Assembly: GCA_032718475.1 (NCBI GenBank)
Contig: JAUCBJ010007190.1
Coordinates: 1 to 44,349 of the forward strand
DNA from: Nemertoderma westbladi
Taxonomy: Eukaryota; Animalia; Xenacoelomorpha
DNA: 44,349 nt
Direction of reading: 5' to 3'
The position numbers and the translations under genes are program-made. The notes beneath the pieces are model-generated. The model searched no databases, was not told where the DNA came from, and saw only the letters and a program-made list of their open reading frames with translations. The stretch's first letter is position 1; every line of letters starts with the position of its first letter. Positions 33,527 to 44,349 of the stretch are shown here, piece after piece.

Positions 33527-34363
33527 CGTTTATTGTTTATTTTTGCCTTTTCCAAAGCAATATTTCAACGTTATAACGTTTATTGTTTTGGTTAGAAAAG
33601 CCCACCCATGTAACCTGATCCTTTACTTTATTATAAGAATCGGTAATAGACTTGTCGGTAGTCGCAACATTTACAACCGCAATTGCATTTAACATTTCAG
33701 TGGCTGACAGTTCTGCAGTTTACAGTAGTCGCAGACAGTAAGCCATTCTACATACCAGTCTGCCGGTAGGCTACTGTATTTCAGTATTTGGTAGGTACCG
33801 GTTAATTTCACCGTTTATCTACTGACTCACTGATTTAGGATGACAGGGAGTACCCTATAGGGGGGTAATTTTCATCCGGCAGTTCATTTTGAGTGCCGTT
33901 TGGGTACCATTGGGTGCCGTTTGGGTGCGTTTGGGTGCCGTTTGGGTGCCGATTGGGTGCGTTTGGGTAATTAGTCACACCCAAATTTATTAACGAGTGT
34001 CATTGTTTACATAATTATATTATTATCTTTGATCTGTTTACTTTGTATATATACACCTTGTTTTTATTATATATGTGTATTTTGTTTTGTTTTTACGACC
34101 GTCAGAGGAATATCACATACAGTGATACAGACATATGCGGACCCGTGATTTTATATTTTTTTTGTGAATTTAGCGGCGCTCAAATGAAACTGATTTGTTT
34201 TTTATTAATTCAATTGACATTTTACCGGTGCTCAAGCAGTCAAGCGAAATCAAGAAGATTTTATAATTAATGCCGTAATGGAAAGGAGCAAGTTACAGTG
34301 GCGAGCTTTTCTAACCAAAACAATAAACGATAACTCAAGAACATACCGACATATAAAACACAT

Positions 34364-36325
34364 AGAATGGTGCTAATTGACCTGCGTAAAGCATTTGATT
34401 GCGTAGATCACCAAACTGTTATCCAAAAGCTTGGGGCTATGGGGGCCACTCAGAGTACCAGCAATTGGTTCTCATCTTATCTGTCTGATAGAGAGCAATG
34501 TGTCGCCATAGGTGAAATGCGCTGAAGCTGTATAACTAACGATAATGGGGTTCCCCAGGGTTCAATTCTGGGTGTCTTGCTTTATATCCGTGATACAAAT
34601 TACTTTCCCCAAGTTCAGAAGTTATCGAAGATGAAACAATAGCACCCATATTTGCCGACGACACAGGCCTAGCCTACAGCAATACATGCTCCGAAAGCAT
34701 ATTTACCTCTCTTAGTAATACCATGGACCGGGTCTCCCAATGGTGCACCGAGCACAAACTCTCCATAAACTTCGACAAAACGGAATGTATCCTTTTCGGG
34801 ACCCACCAACGACTTTCTACTGCATCAGAGTTGGAAGTCTATTGCAGTGGGAAACGCATATCAAACCGGAAATGCGTCATAATAGAACAGAAATAAATCA
34901 ACGGTGAGGTGAGGAAATGGCAACTGAAATATTAAAAAGAGGCAACACCAGACTGAAGTTTCCCCATCGAAATGCCCAGATTTTCGTCCGATCCATTCGC
35001 AGAATGCTTTGTAACTCTCTTATTCAGCCCCATCTCGACTATGCAGCCTCTACGTGGTTTTTCACTATTTCAGCCAGACTTCGCCAGCAGCTCGAAGCCC
35101 TCCAGCGGAAGTGCTTTCGATTCTGCTTGGGCCTCGGACCCAGAGCGCACATTGGATTGAGACTGCCCATTACGTGGACATTAACTGGCTTCCTGTACAA
35201 CAACGTATCGAGGCTTTTATCCTTTCCTAGATGTATAAGGTAAAACACGGTCAAGCACCTCAGTACCTAATCGATCTTATACACTTCCGCGAGTCCACCT
35301 ACTGTCTGCGATCAACCAACAAACCAACCTCGGTCCCTCAGAGAAATTCGTTATACGGCCAGAATACGTTTAGCTTCCTCGGTCCAAAGCTGTGGAATGA
35401 ACTCCCAGCCACCATCACAGACTCAACCTCTTTAGTTGTTTTCAAACATAACGTTGGTTAAGATATACTACCTAGAAAAATTAACCAACTATTCAATGTC
35501 GGCATTCATCTACTAACTTGTAATATATACTTTTATTTTTATCCAAATCGTATAAAACTTTTAATAAGCGAACACACCTTCTTTAAATAAAATCTCAATT
35601 TAAAGCCCGAGCTTTTAAAATCTTGTTGTTAATTCCGACTTTTTAATAAACACTTAAAACATCTACTTTTTATACCTAATTAATTAAATACAATTTTTTT
35701 TCTTTTCTACATTAATCTACTGTAGCACACCTTATTTCGTATAATTTATATTTATATTTTTAATTCAGTCTCAGTCAATAAGTTTACTTACTACCCCCAG
35801 AATACACCAATTACTATTAGGTGAGACCCTTATGGAAACGCGGTTTACCGCATAAGGATATCCCTCAGGTGCAGCTGTATTTTTTGCCAATATAATATTT
35901 ATTTATACTTAAAAATATTTTTATTTTAGAGTGATTACGTTCGGTCTGTCACCCAGATTTTCAGAGTCAGTAATTTTTAATTTATTAACAATATATCTGT
36001 ATATTTTTTAGGGGTCCGACAATTATTTTTTAGCAGGGTCTTTAAACTTTTTTAGATTTTTTTAGCATGCTTATTTTATTTAATTTGACTTTATCCCACA
36101 GCCACACCACCAGGATCTTATTTACGGCTAATGAATGACCTACAGTAGTTAGTTATGTATTGTCTGTTGTATCCAATATATGTTTGTATCACCAGGAATT
36201 ACTTTCTGTTCATGACATATCATTAACTTACATATTTCAATCAATATTACCGGTACCGTGTTAAATCATATGTTTAATTTGTTTTTAATGTTAATTTGGA
36301 AAATAAAATCAATCAATCAATCAAT
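34364..36325 (+). pseudogene. Decayed L2/Crack-like LINE 3' portion
   Basis: MVLIDLRKAFDCVDH, WFSSYLSDREQ, GVPQGSILG, FADDT, LIQPHLDY, FSFLGPKLWNELP with stops and frameshifts. AATAAA-(ATCA)n at 36302-36325 is taken as the tail; linkage of the tail to this element is less certain. Confidence 0.8.
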
Positions 36326-36673
36326 AGAAATGAGCCTTGGGGTTGCTCCTGGTGTTTGGTGTTTTCAATGTTCACTTTGCTTTCTTTACCTTTGAGTGAC
36401 CATCAGACTGTCAGACCTTCCAAATTACAATATTTTTTTTTCAGATCGATTTCAAAACTATACGCGAGACTAACAAATCGAAAATTTTAAACAAAATGAA
36501 AATAATTTAGCATTTGTGATTTTATTTATATATGTCACTACAGTACCGGTACCAGTCTGCCAGTAACATATTTAGAAAAAAACGTCGGTTTGTTGTGCTG
36601 ATTGCAAATCACATATTAATCACGGGTCCGCATATGTGATAGAGCCACCGTCAGTAATATTTGTTGCCTGATT

Positions 36674-36959
36674 GTAAAGTAAAAGTAAAAATAGAGTGCA
36701 TTTTCTTCGGCGGCTAGGCCAGGGATTGCGCACAAAGTCTGACGACTTATTTCCAGTGCGGTCCCCCCAGAACTTTACTCCCCAGAGGAAACTCCAGTAC
36801 TCATTTAGCTACCGCTTAGGGATGCAAGGCAGAGATGCGCTCTGGCTGGTCCCTTTAAAGCATTCGTGCCGAAACGAAAACTGCCCTGGTCCATGTGAGG
36901 ATCGAACCCACGACCTACGGGAGATGTGAATTTAATGCAACCGCTACACCAAGGTGGAA
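36674..36959 (-). mobile_element. tRNA-derived SINE
   Basis: Minus strand A box tggtgtagcgg and B box gggttcgatcc, ~200-bp body, (TTTAC)n-like tail. Confidence 0.7.
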
Positions 36960-38264
36960 CCTTGATTGAGTTCTCCTCGACCATATTTACTGGAATCGGG
37001 TGTTAATAATAATAAACTAAAGTTAAAAATCTTGTTAAAACTTAATCAGTTGAATAGTTACCTTTCGGGCAGTAATGCTGCCAAGATATTCATGATTGCT
37101 TTATTTATTTACAGAGCCCTTCTGCGACGTAATCTCTTATTGGGTGAATTGTAATTTTGTCATACAGCAAGAGACTTCAATTTGCATTGCTTTGTGCTAT
37201 TATGTAATTTGGGTGTATGTTAAAAGCCAACTATAAGGCATTCATTTGCTATGTTTGTTGTTTTTAAATAATATATAAATATAATATAATATTTAAAAAT
37301 AAAAAATAGTATGAATTAGAACTAAATGCCAAAGTGCCTTTTGGGAACTATTCCTATTCGTGTGACTTAACCACAGATTAAATTAAGTTATATTTATAAC
37401 ACTTAATAAGACAATTTTATACAGTAGATCTATGTGTGTATTAATTATTTAATTTAGTTTACAACTCCCTTTTTCTTTCCACCCGTAAGTGCTTCCTAGA
37501 CTGGGTTGTCTTCTCCTCCATACTACTTACTAATCTACATATATTCTTATTTGCAATTTTAATTATCATTTTATTTTAAAAAGGAAGAGTGTTGATAAAT
37601 TATTAAAATAAAATAGCAACAATACAAGTCCAATATAATATCCATAAAACCAAAATTAAATATAAAAACTGCACCAGCATCCCACCACCAATCAGAACAA
37701 AACAATTAAGACAATAAAATTTAACAATTAAAAATGGTGCACCGTGAATTAATAATGGTCTGCGAGGTCATTCCACCGCAGACCCGCACCATCCCCAAAG
37801 CCCAGCGCCCTCCAGGGACGCCGGCCACCACGCAAACAGAGGGAGTTGGAGCGGAGGAGCGCGAACTTATTTTATTAAAATAAAATAAGATTTTATTATT
37901 TTTTATTTATTATTTGTTTTTAATTCTAGTAATTTTTTTATGTGGTGTTTTTGTTTATATTGTGTGGTGGTGGGTTTTCTATTTGTAAATTTTGTATTGT
38001 TTTGTTTTGAAAATTATATTATCATTTGGTAATTTTTTTATTATTTATTATTATTTTTTAAGATTTTATTATTTTGATACAAATACATAGTTAATTGCAG
38101 TGGCTGGATTATAGAAAAGCCCTAAAATGGTACAGTTGATACACCTGTCCTGTACGATAGTACGATATTAATTTTTATTTAGATGTGATTCATTATGTAC
38201 CGCGTACCGGTACTTAACTTATAAGCTTTATAGTATTACAGTATTATAATGGTGATATAAAATT

Positions 38265-39488
38265 ATGATGGCGGCGACAGAGTTCGAAGAAATGACTATT
38301 GCGCAGAGAATCAAACTGTACGAGACTACAGCGCAACGAGGTTCTACTCCGGCCAGCGCGAAGGAACGCGTCCCCCCCTTGGGATCGGACGACCCCGCAT
38401 CGACCCCGGGGGACTTCCGGACGCCCAGGGCCAGGATGCCATCCTCCTCGTCCGAGGGGGACTATCGAACCCCCAGGGGGCACAGCAAGTCCGCTTCGTC
38501 GGAGGGGGAAATATTCTCCCCGTTCACGCCGCCTAACAAACAAACTCCTTCCGGCTTCTACAGAGCAAATTATTCCAACTCCACCAGCACCGCGGCCAAT
38601 CACAACTCAACGTTGCCAGGTAACAAGATTTCTTCCACCAATGGGCGCGCCGCTGGTGATCACGAATCCAGATATCCATCCTCCCCCGGTTATAAACGTG
38701 TTTCCGATGTAACCACGGTGTTTCACTCGCGACATTCGTCCGACAATGTCTCCACACCCAACCATTCCGATTCATTCTCTACTCCCATCGAAGGCTCCCG
38801 CTCATCCGCTCCCGGGGGCGGCTCCCCGGCTTCCGCCGTAGACGAAACGCCACCATTCTCCAACGCGCTCCAATTCTTCGCTAAACTCGATTCCCCGTCC
38901 ACCGAGGAGGAGCGGCCGGTGAGCGTGCGTCGCCCGAGCGGCGGTTTGAACTGGAGCGAACGGCGTCTCTCGTCGTCCGGGGAATCGCGACGCGATTCCG
39001 CACGGCCGTCGGACCCGTCGGCTACACGCGTCGGACGCCAACCCACGATCGGCTCCGTTCTCCTCGCAACCTCCTTCGCCGATTCTCCCCACCGCGGTGC
39101 CGCTAGTCGTGGCGAGGATTCCCGTTGGCGTTCCTACGAGAACCGCTCGGGAGGAAGTCGCGCCACCTATATAACCGACTCGTCGGACAACCGTCGGACT
39201 GAGAGTACCGACAGTCGGGTAAAAGGTTCCGACGCTCCTCTACTAGGCTCTACTAGTCGGACCGGGACAGTAGAGACGGACACGATGGGTGACACGATAT
39301 CGCAGTACCTTCCCCCCGATATCCGAGCCGCCGTAACGCGAGCCACGCAGTCCCCAGTTCAACACGCCGCTCCGCATTCTTCTTCTACGGCCACTGGCTC
39401 TGGCGTCGTCGATAACGCGGTGACGTACAGCGGTGCTACAGCGGTCAATGCGGTGCAATCAACGGAAGTTGGGGTGTACCACGTGCGG
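38265..39488 (+). CDS. Probable large coding exon of a host gene; Ser/Thr/Pro/Arg-rich disordered protein, identity unknown
   Basis: 408 open codons in a GC/CpG-rich island amid AT-rich DNA; candidate acceptor just upstream (ttacag ending 38241); phase-0 donor CGG|GTGAGT at 39488/39489. Confidence 0.65.
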
Positions 39489-42400
39489 GTGAGTATTAGT
39501 ACGGGGTTGTTGGGGTGTACCACGTGCGGGTGAGTATTAGTACGGGGTTGTTGGGGTGTAGTGTACCACGTGGGGGTGGTGCGGTGTTGTTGGGGTGTAC
39601 CACGTGGGGGTGAGAATAGTACGGGGTTGTTGGCGTGTACCACGTGCGGATGAGTAGAGTGCGGGGTTGTTGACGTGTACCACGTGCGGATGAGTACGGG
39701 GTTGTTGGGGTGTAGCACGTGCGGTTGAGTAGAGTGCGGGGTTGTTGGGATGTACCACGTGCGGGTGAGTAGAGTGCGGGGTTGTTGGCGTGTACCACGT
39801 GCGGATGAGTAGAGTGCGGGGTTGTTGGGGTGTACCACGTGCGGGTGAGTAGAGTGCGGGGTTGTTGGCGTGTACCACGTGCGGATGAGTAGAGTGCGGG
39901 GTTGTTGGCTTGGCGTGTACCACGTGCGGATGAGTAGAGTGCGGGGTTGTTGGGGTGTACCACGTGCGGGTGAGTAGAGTACGGGGTTGTTGGGGTGTAC
40001 CACGTGCGGGTGAGTACGGGGTTGTTGGCGTGTACCACGTGCGGATGAGTAGAGTGCGGGGTTGTTGGGGTGTACCACGTGCGGATGAGTAGAGTGCGGG
40101 GTTGTTGGCGCGTACCACGTGCGGGTGAGTACGGGGTTGTTGGGGTGTACCACGTGCGGATGAGTAGAGTGCGGGGTTGTTGGGGTGTACCACGTGCGGA
40201 TGAGTAGAGTGCGGGGTTGTTGGTGTGTACCACGTGCGGGTGAGTAGAGTGCGGGGTTGTTGGCGTGTACCACGTGCGGATGAGTAGAGTGCGGGGTTGT
40301 TGGGGTGTACCACGTGCGGGTGAGTAGAGTGCGGGGTTGTTGGCGTGTACTCCACGTGCGGATGAGTAGAGTGCGGGGTTGTTGGCTTGGCGTGTACCAC
40401 GTGCGGATGAGTAGAGTGCGGGGTTGTTGGGGTGTACCACGTGCGGGTGAGTAGAGTACGGGGTTGTTGGGGTGTACCACGTGCGGGTGAGTACGGGGTT
40501 GTTGGCGTGTACCACGTGCGGATGAGTAGAGTGCGGGGTTGTTGGGGTGTACCACGTGCGGATGAGTAGAGTGCGGGGTTGTTGGCGCGTACCACGTGCG
40601 GGTGAGTACGGGGTTGTTGGGGTGTACCACGTGCGGATGAGTAGAGTGCGGGGTTGTTGGGGTGTACCACGTGCGGATGAGTAGAGTGCGGGGTTGTTGG
40701 TGTGTACCACGTGCGGGTGAGTAGAGTGCGGGGTTGTTGGCGTGTACCACGTGCGGGTGAGTAGAGTGCGGGGTTGTTGGCGTGTACCACGTGCGGATGA
40801 GTAGAGTGCGGGGTTGTTGGGGTGTACCACGTGCGGGTGAGTAGAGTGCGGGGTTGTTGGGGTGTACAATGTGCGGATGAGTAGAGTGCGGGGTTGTTGG
40901 CGTGTACCACGTGCGGATGAGTAGAGTGCGGGGTTGTTGGCGTGTACCACGTGCGGATGAGTAGAGTGCGGGGTTGTTGGGGTGTACCACGTGCGGGTGA
41001 GTAGAGTGCGGGGTTGTTGGCGTGTACAACGTGCGGGTGAGTAGAGTGCGGGGTTGTTGGCGTGTACAACGTGCGGATGAGTAGAGTGCGGGGTTGTTGA
41101 CGTGTACCACGTGCGGATGAGTAGAGTGCGGGGTTGTTGGGGTGTACCACGTGCGGGTGAGTACGGGGTTGTTGGGGTGTACCACGTGCGGGTGAGTACG
41201 GGGTTGTTGGCGTGTACCACGTGCGGGTGAGTACGGTGTTGTTGGGGTGTACCACGTGCGGGTGAGTATTAGTACGGGGTTGTTGGGGTGTACCACGTGC
41301 GGGTGAGTATAGTAGGGGGTTGTTGGGGTGTACCACGTGCGGGTGAGTAGAGTGCGGGGTTGTTGGCGTGTACAACGTGCGGGTGAGTAGAGTGCGGGGT
41401 TGTTGGGGTGTACCACGTGCGGGTGAGTATTACTACGGGGTTGTTGGGGTGTACCACGTGCGGGTGAGTATAGTAGGGGGTTGTTGGGGTGTACCACGTG
41501 CGGGTGAGTAGAGTGCGGGGTTGTTGGCGTGTACAACGTGCGGATGAGTAGAGTGCGGGGTTGTTGACGTGTACCACGTGCGGATGAGTAGAGTGCGGGG
41601 TTGTTGGGGTGTACCACGTGCGGGTGAGTACGGGGTTGTTGGGGTGTACCACGTGCGGGTGAGTACGGTGTTGTTGGGGTGTACCACGTGCGGGTGAGTA
41701 TTAGTACGGGGTTGTTGGGGTGTACCACGTGCGGGTGAGTATAGTAGGGGGTTGTTGGGGTGTACCACGTGCGGATGAGTAGAGTGCGGGGTTGTTGGCG
41801 TGTACCACGTGCGGATGAGTAGAGTGCGGAGTTGTTGGGGTGTACCACGTGCGGATGAGTAGAGTGCGGGGTTGTTGGGGTGTACCACGTGCGGGTGAGT
41901 AGAGTGCGGGGTTGTTGGCGTGTACAACGTGCGGATGAGTAGAGTGCGGGGTTGTTGGGGTGTAGCCTACCACGTGCGGGTGAGTAGAGTGCGGGGTTGT
42001 TGGTGTGTACCATGTGCGGGTGAGTACGGGGTTGTTGGGGTGTACCACGTGCGGGTGAGTAGAGTGCGGGGTTGTTGGTGTGTACCATGTGCGGGTGAGT
42101 ACGGGGTTGTTGGGGTGTACCACGTGCGGGTGAGTTGAGTGCGGGGTTGTTGGGGTGTACCACGTGCGGATGAGTAGAGTGCGGGGTTGTTGGCGTGTAC
42201 CACGTGCGGGTGAGTAGAGTGCGGGGTTGTTGGCGTGTACAACGTGCGGATGAGTAGAGTGCGGGGTTGTTGGGGTGTACCACGTGCGGGTGAGTAGAGT
42301 GCGGGGTTGTTGGTGTGTACCACGTGCGGGTGAGTACGGGGTTGTTGGGGTGTACCACGTGCGGGTGAGTAGAGTGCGGGGTTGTTGGCGTGTACAACGT

Positions 42401-43976
42401 GCGGATGAGTAGAGTGCGGGGTTGTTGGGGTGTACCACGTGCGGATGAGTAGAGTGCGGGGTTGTTGGCGTGTACCACGTGCGGATGAGTAGAGTGCGGG
42501 GTTGTTGGGGTGTACCACGTGCGGGTGAGTAGAGTGCGGGGTTGTTGGCGTGTACCACGTGCGGATGAGTAGAGTGCGGGGTTGTTGGGGTGTACCACGT
42601 GCGGGTGAGTAGAGTGCGGGGTTGTTGGGGTGTACCACGTGCGGATGAGTAGAGTGCGGGGTTGTTGGCGTGTACCACGTGTGGATGAGTAGAGTGCGGG
42701 GTTGTTGGCGTGTACCACGTGCGGATGAGTAGAGTGCGGGGTTGTTGGGGTGTACCACGTGCGGGTGAGTACGGGGTTGTTGGGGTGTACCACGTGCGGA
42801 TGAGTAGAGTGCGGGGTTGTTGGGGTGTACCACGTGCGGGTGAGTACGGGGTTGTTGGCGTGTACCACGTGCGGGTGAGTACGGTGTTGTTGGGGTGTAC
42901 CACGTGCGGGTGAGTATTAGTACGGGGTTGTTGGGGTGTACCACGTGCGGGTGAGTAGAGTAGGGGGTTGTTGGGGTGTACCACGTGCGGATGAGTAGAG
43001 TACGGGGTTGTTGGGGTGTACCACGTGCGGATGAGTAGAGTGCGGGGTTGTTGGGGTGTACCACGTGCGGATGAGTAGAGTGTGGGGTTGTTGGGGTGTA
43101 CCACGTGCGGATGAGTAGAGTGCGGGGTTGTTGGCGTGTACCACGTGCGGATGAGTAGAGTGCGGGGTTGTTGGGGTGTACCACGTGCGGATGAGTAGAG
43201 TGTGGGGTTGTTGGGGTGTACCACGTGCGGGTGAGTAGAGTGCGGGGTTGTTGGTGTGTACCGCGTGCGGGTGAGTAGAGTGCGGGGTTGTTGGGGTGTA
43301 CCACGTGCGGGTGAGTACGGGGTTGTTGGCGTGTACCACGTGCGGGTGAGTACGGTGTTGTTGGGGTGTACCACGTGCGGGTGAGTATTAGTACGGGGTT
43401 GTTGGCGTGTACAACGTGCGGATGAGTAGAGTACGGGGTTGTTGGCGTGTACCACGTGCGGATGAGTAGAGTGCGGGGTTGTTGGGGTGTACCACGTGCG
43501 GATGACTAGAGTGCGGGGTTGTTGGGGTGTACCACGTGCGGGTGAGTAGAGTGCGGGGTTGTTGGTGTGTACCACGTGCGGGTGAGTACGGGGTTGTTGG
43601 CGTGTACCACGTGCGGATGAGTAGAGTGCGGGGTTGTTGGGGTGTACCACGTGCGGGTGAGTAGAGTGCGGGGTTGTTGGCGTGTACCACGTTCGGATGA
43701 GTAGAGTGCGGGGTTGTTGGCGTGTACCACGTGCGGGTGAGTATAGTGCGGTGTTGTTGGCGTGTACCACGTGCGGATGAGTAGAGTGCGGGGTTGTTGG
43801 CGTGTACCACGTTCGGATGAGTAGAGTGCGGGGTTGTTGGCGTGTACCACGTGCGGATGAGTAGAGTGCGGGGTTGTTGGCGTGTACCACGTGCGGATGA
43901 GTAGAGTGCGTGGTTGTTGGGGTGTACCACGTTCGGATGAGTAGAGTGCGGGGTTGTTGGCGTGTACCACGTGAGT
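39466..43976 (+). repeat. G-rich minisatellite, 40-bp unit with 35-bp variant, ~115 copies
   Basis: gtgtaccacgtgcgg(g/a)tgagtagagtgcggggttgttgg(g/c); short variant lacks gagtg. Confidence 0.97.
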
Positions 43977-44349
43977 GCGGCTTTATTCATTACATTTTAT
44001 TTTACAAGGGTGAGATTTAACTTCCGATTTAAAAGAGTATATATTGATTATCTAGTTTTTTTTTATTTTATTAGGCGTGGTAGTACCGGTATCGAAAAGA
44101 ATAGCCAGGTATATACCGGTACCGGTACTGTAAACTGTAGTTTCCTTAACGGGGAATCATTAAATATTCTCATCAATCACTTTATATTTATATTGGACCA
44201 TCAAATTGATATTTGAATATCTTCTTCTGTTTAGTACCGATAATGTAATTTATTTCCCGCGTTGCTTACAGTTATTAATCTTCTATCACGGGGTGTTAAT
44301 TATTTATGAATTTTTCAATTTCTAAAGAGATTTAATTCTAATCGATTAA

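Larger units (their letters stand above)
25212..33982. mobile_element. 8.8-kb foldback element with very long satellite-containing inverted arms
   Basis: Arms ~25212-27483 and ~30647-33982 are reverse complements; ends cggtatgactaattacccaa / ttgggtaattagtcacaccc; 8-bp TSD aaatttat (25204-25211, 33983-33990); no transposase ORF seen. Confidence 0.88.

Noticed and set aside
36886-36959. Functional tRNA gene
   Set aside because: A and B boxes are present but I could not build a convincing cloverleaf, and it continues into a SINE-like body and tail.
37800-37830. HDV-like ribozyme (minus-strand ggccggc start)
   Set aside because: Could not assemble the nested double pseudoknot; only a simple hairpin is evident.
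39359-43990. Very long minus-strand ORFs (up to 1169 aa)
   Set aside because: Open in all three frames with the same cycling peptides; an artefact of a stop-poor satellite strand.

Overview
Repeat-dense eukaryotic (most likely invertebrate animal) genomic DNA; nothing prokaryotic is supported. The left third holds an unusually long (>15 kb) minus-strand BEL/Pao LTR retrotransposon (1081-16222). It has ~1.17 kb LTRs about 1% diverged, a very long gag, a frameshifted pol and a partly deleted integrase. It adjoins the 3' end of an older relative (1-~1010). Between integrase and the 3' LTR it carries 3.3 kb of extra sequence: a dense stem-loop cluster and a decayed accessory ORF whose C-terminus differs from the older copy mostly at synonymous sites. 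It has no visible tRNA primer-binding site, but has an 11-nt PBS-position sequence complementary to its own LTR (possible self-priming). The middle is a stack of nested elements: a hAT-type MITE containing a piggyBac-like MITE and a CR1-type LINE with an open ORF2, two related satellite-armed foldback elements (0.9 and 8.8 kb), RTE-like and L2-like LINE relics and a tRNA-derived SINE. The right end has a probable host coding exon (38265-39488) whose splice donor is amplified into a ~4.5 kb 40/35-bp minisatellite. All calls come from manual reading of the sequence; counts and boundaries are approximate.
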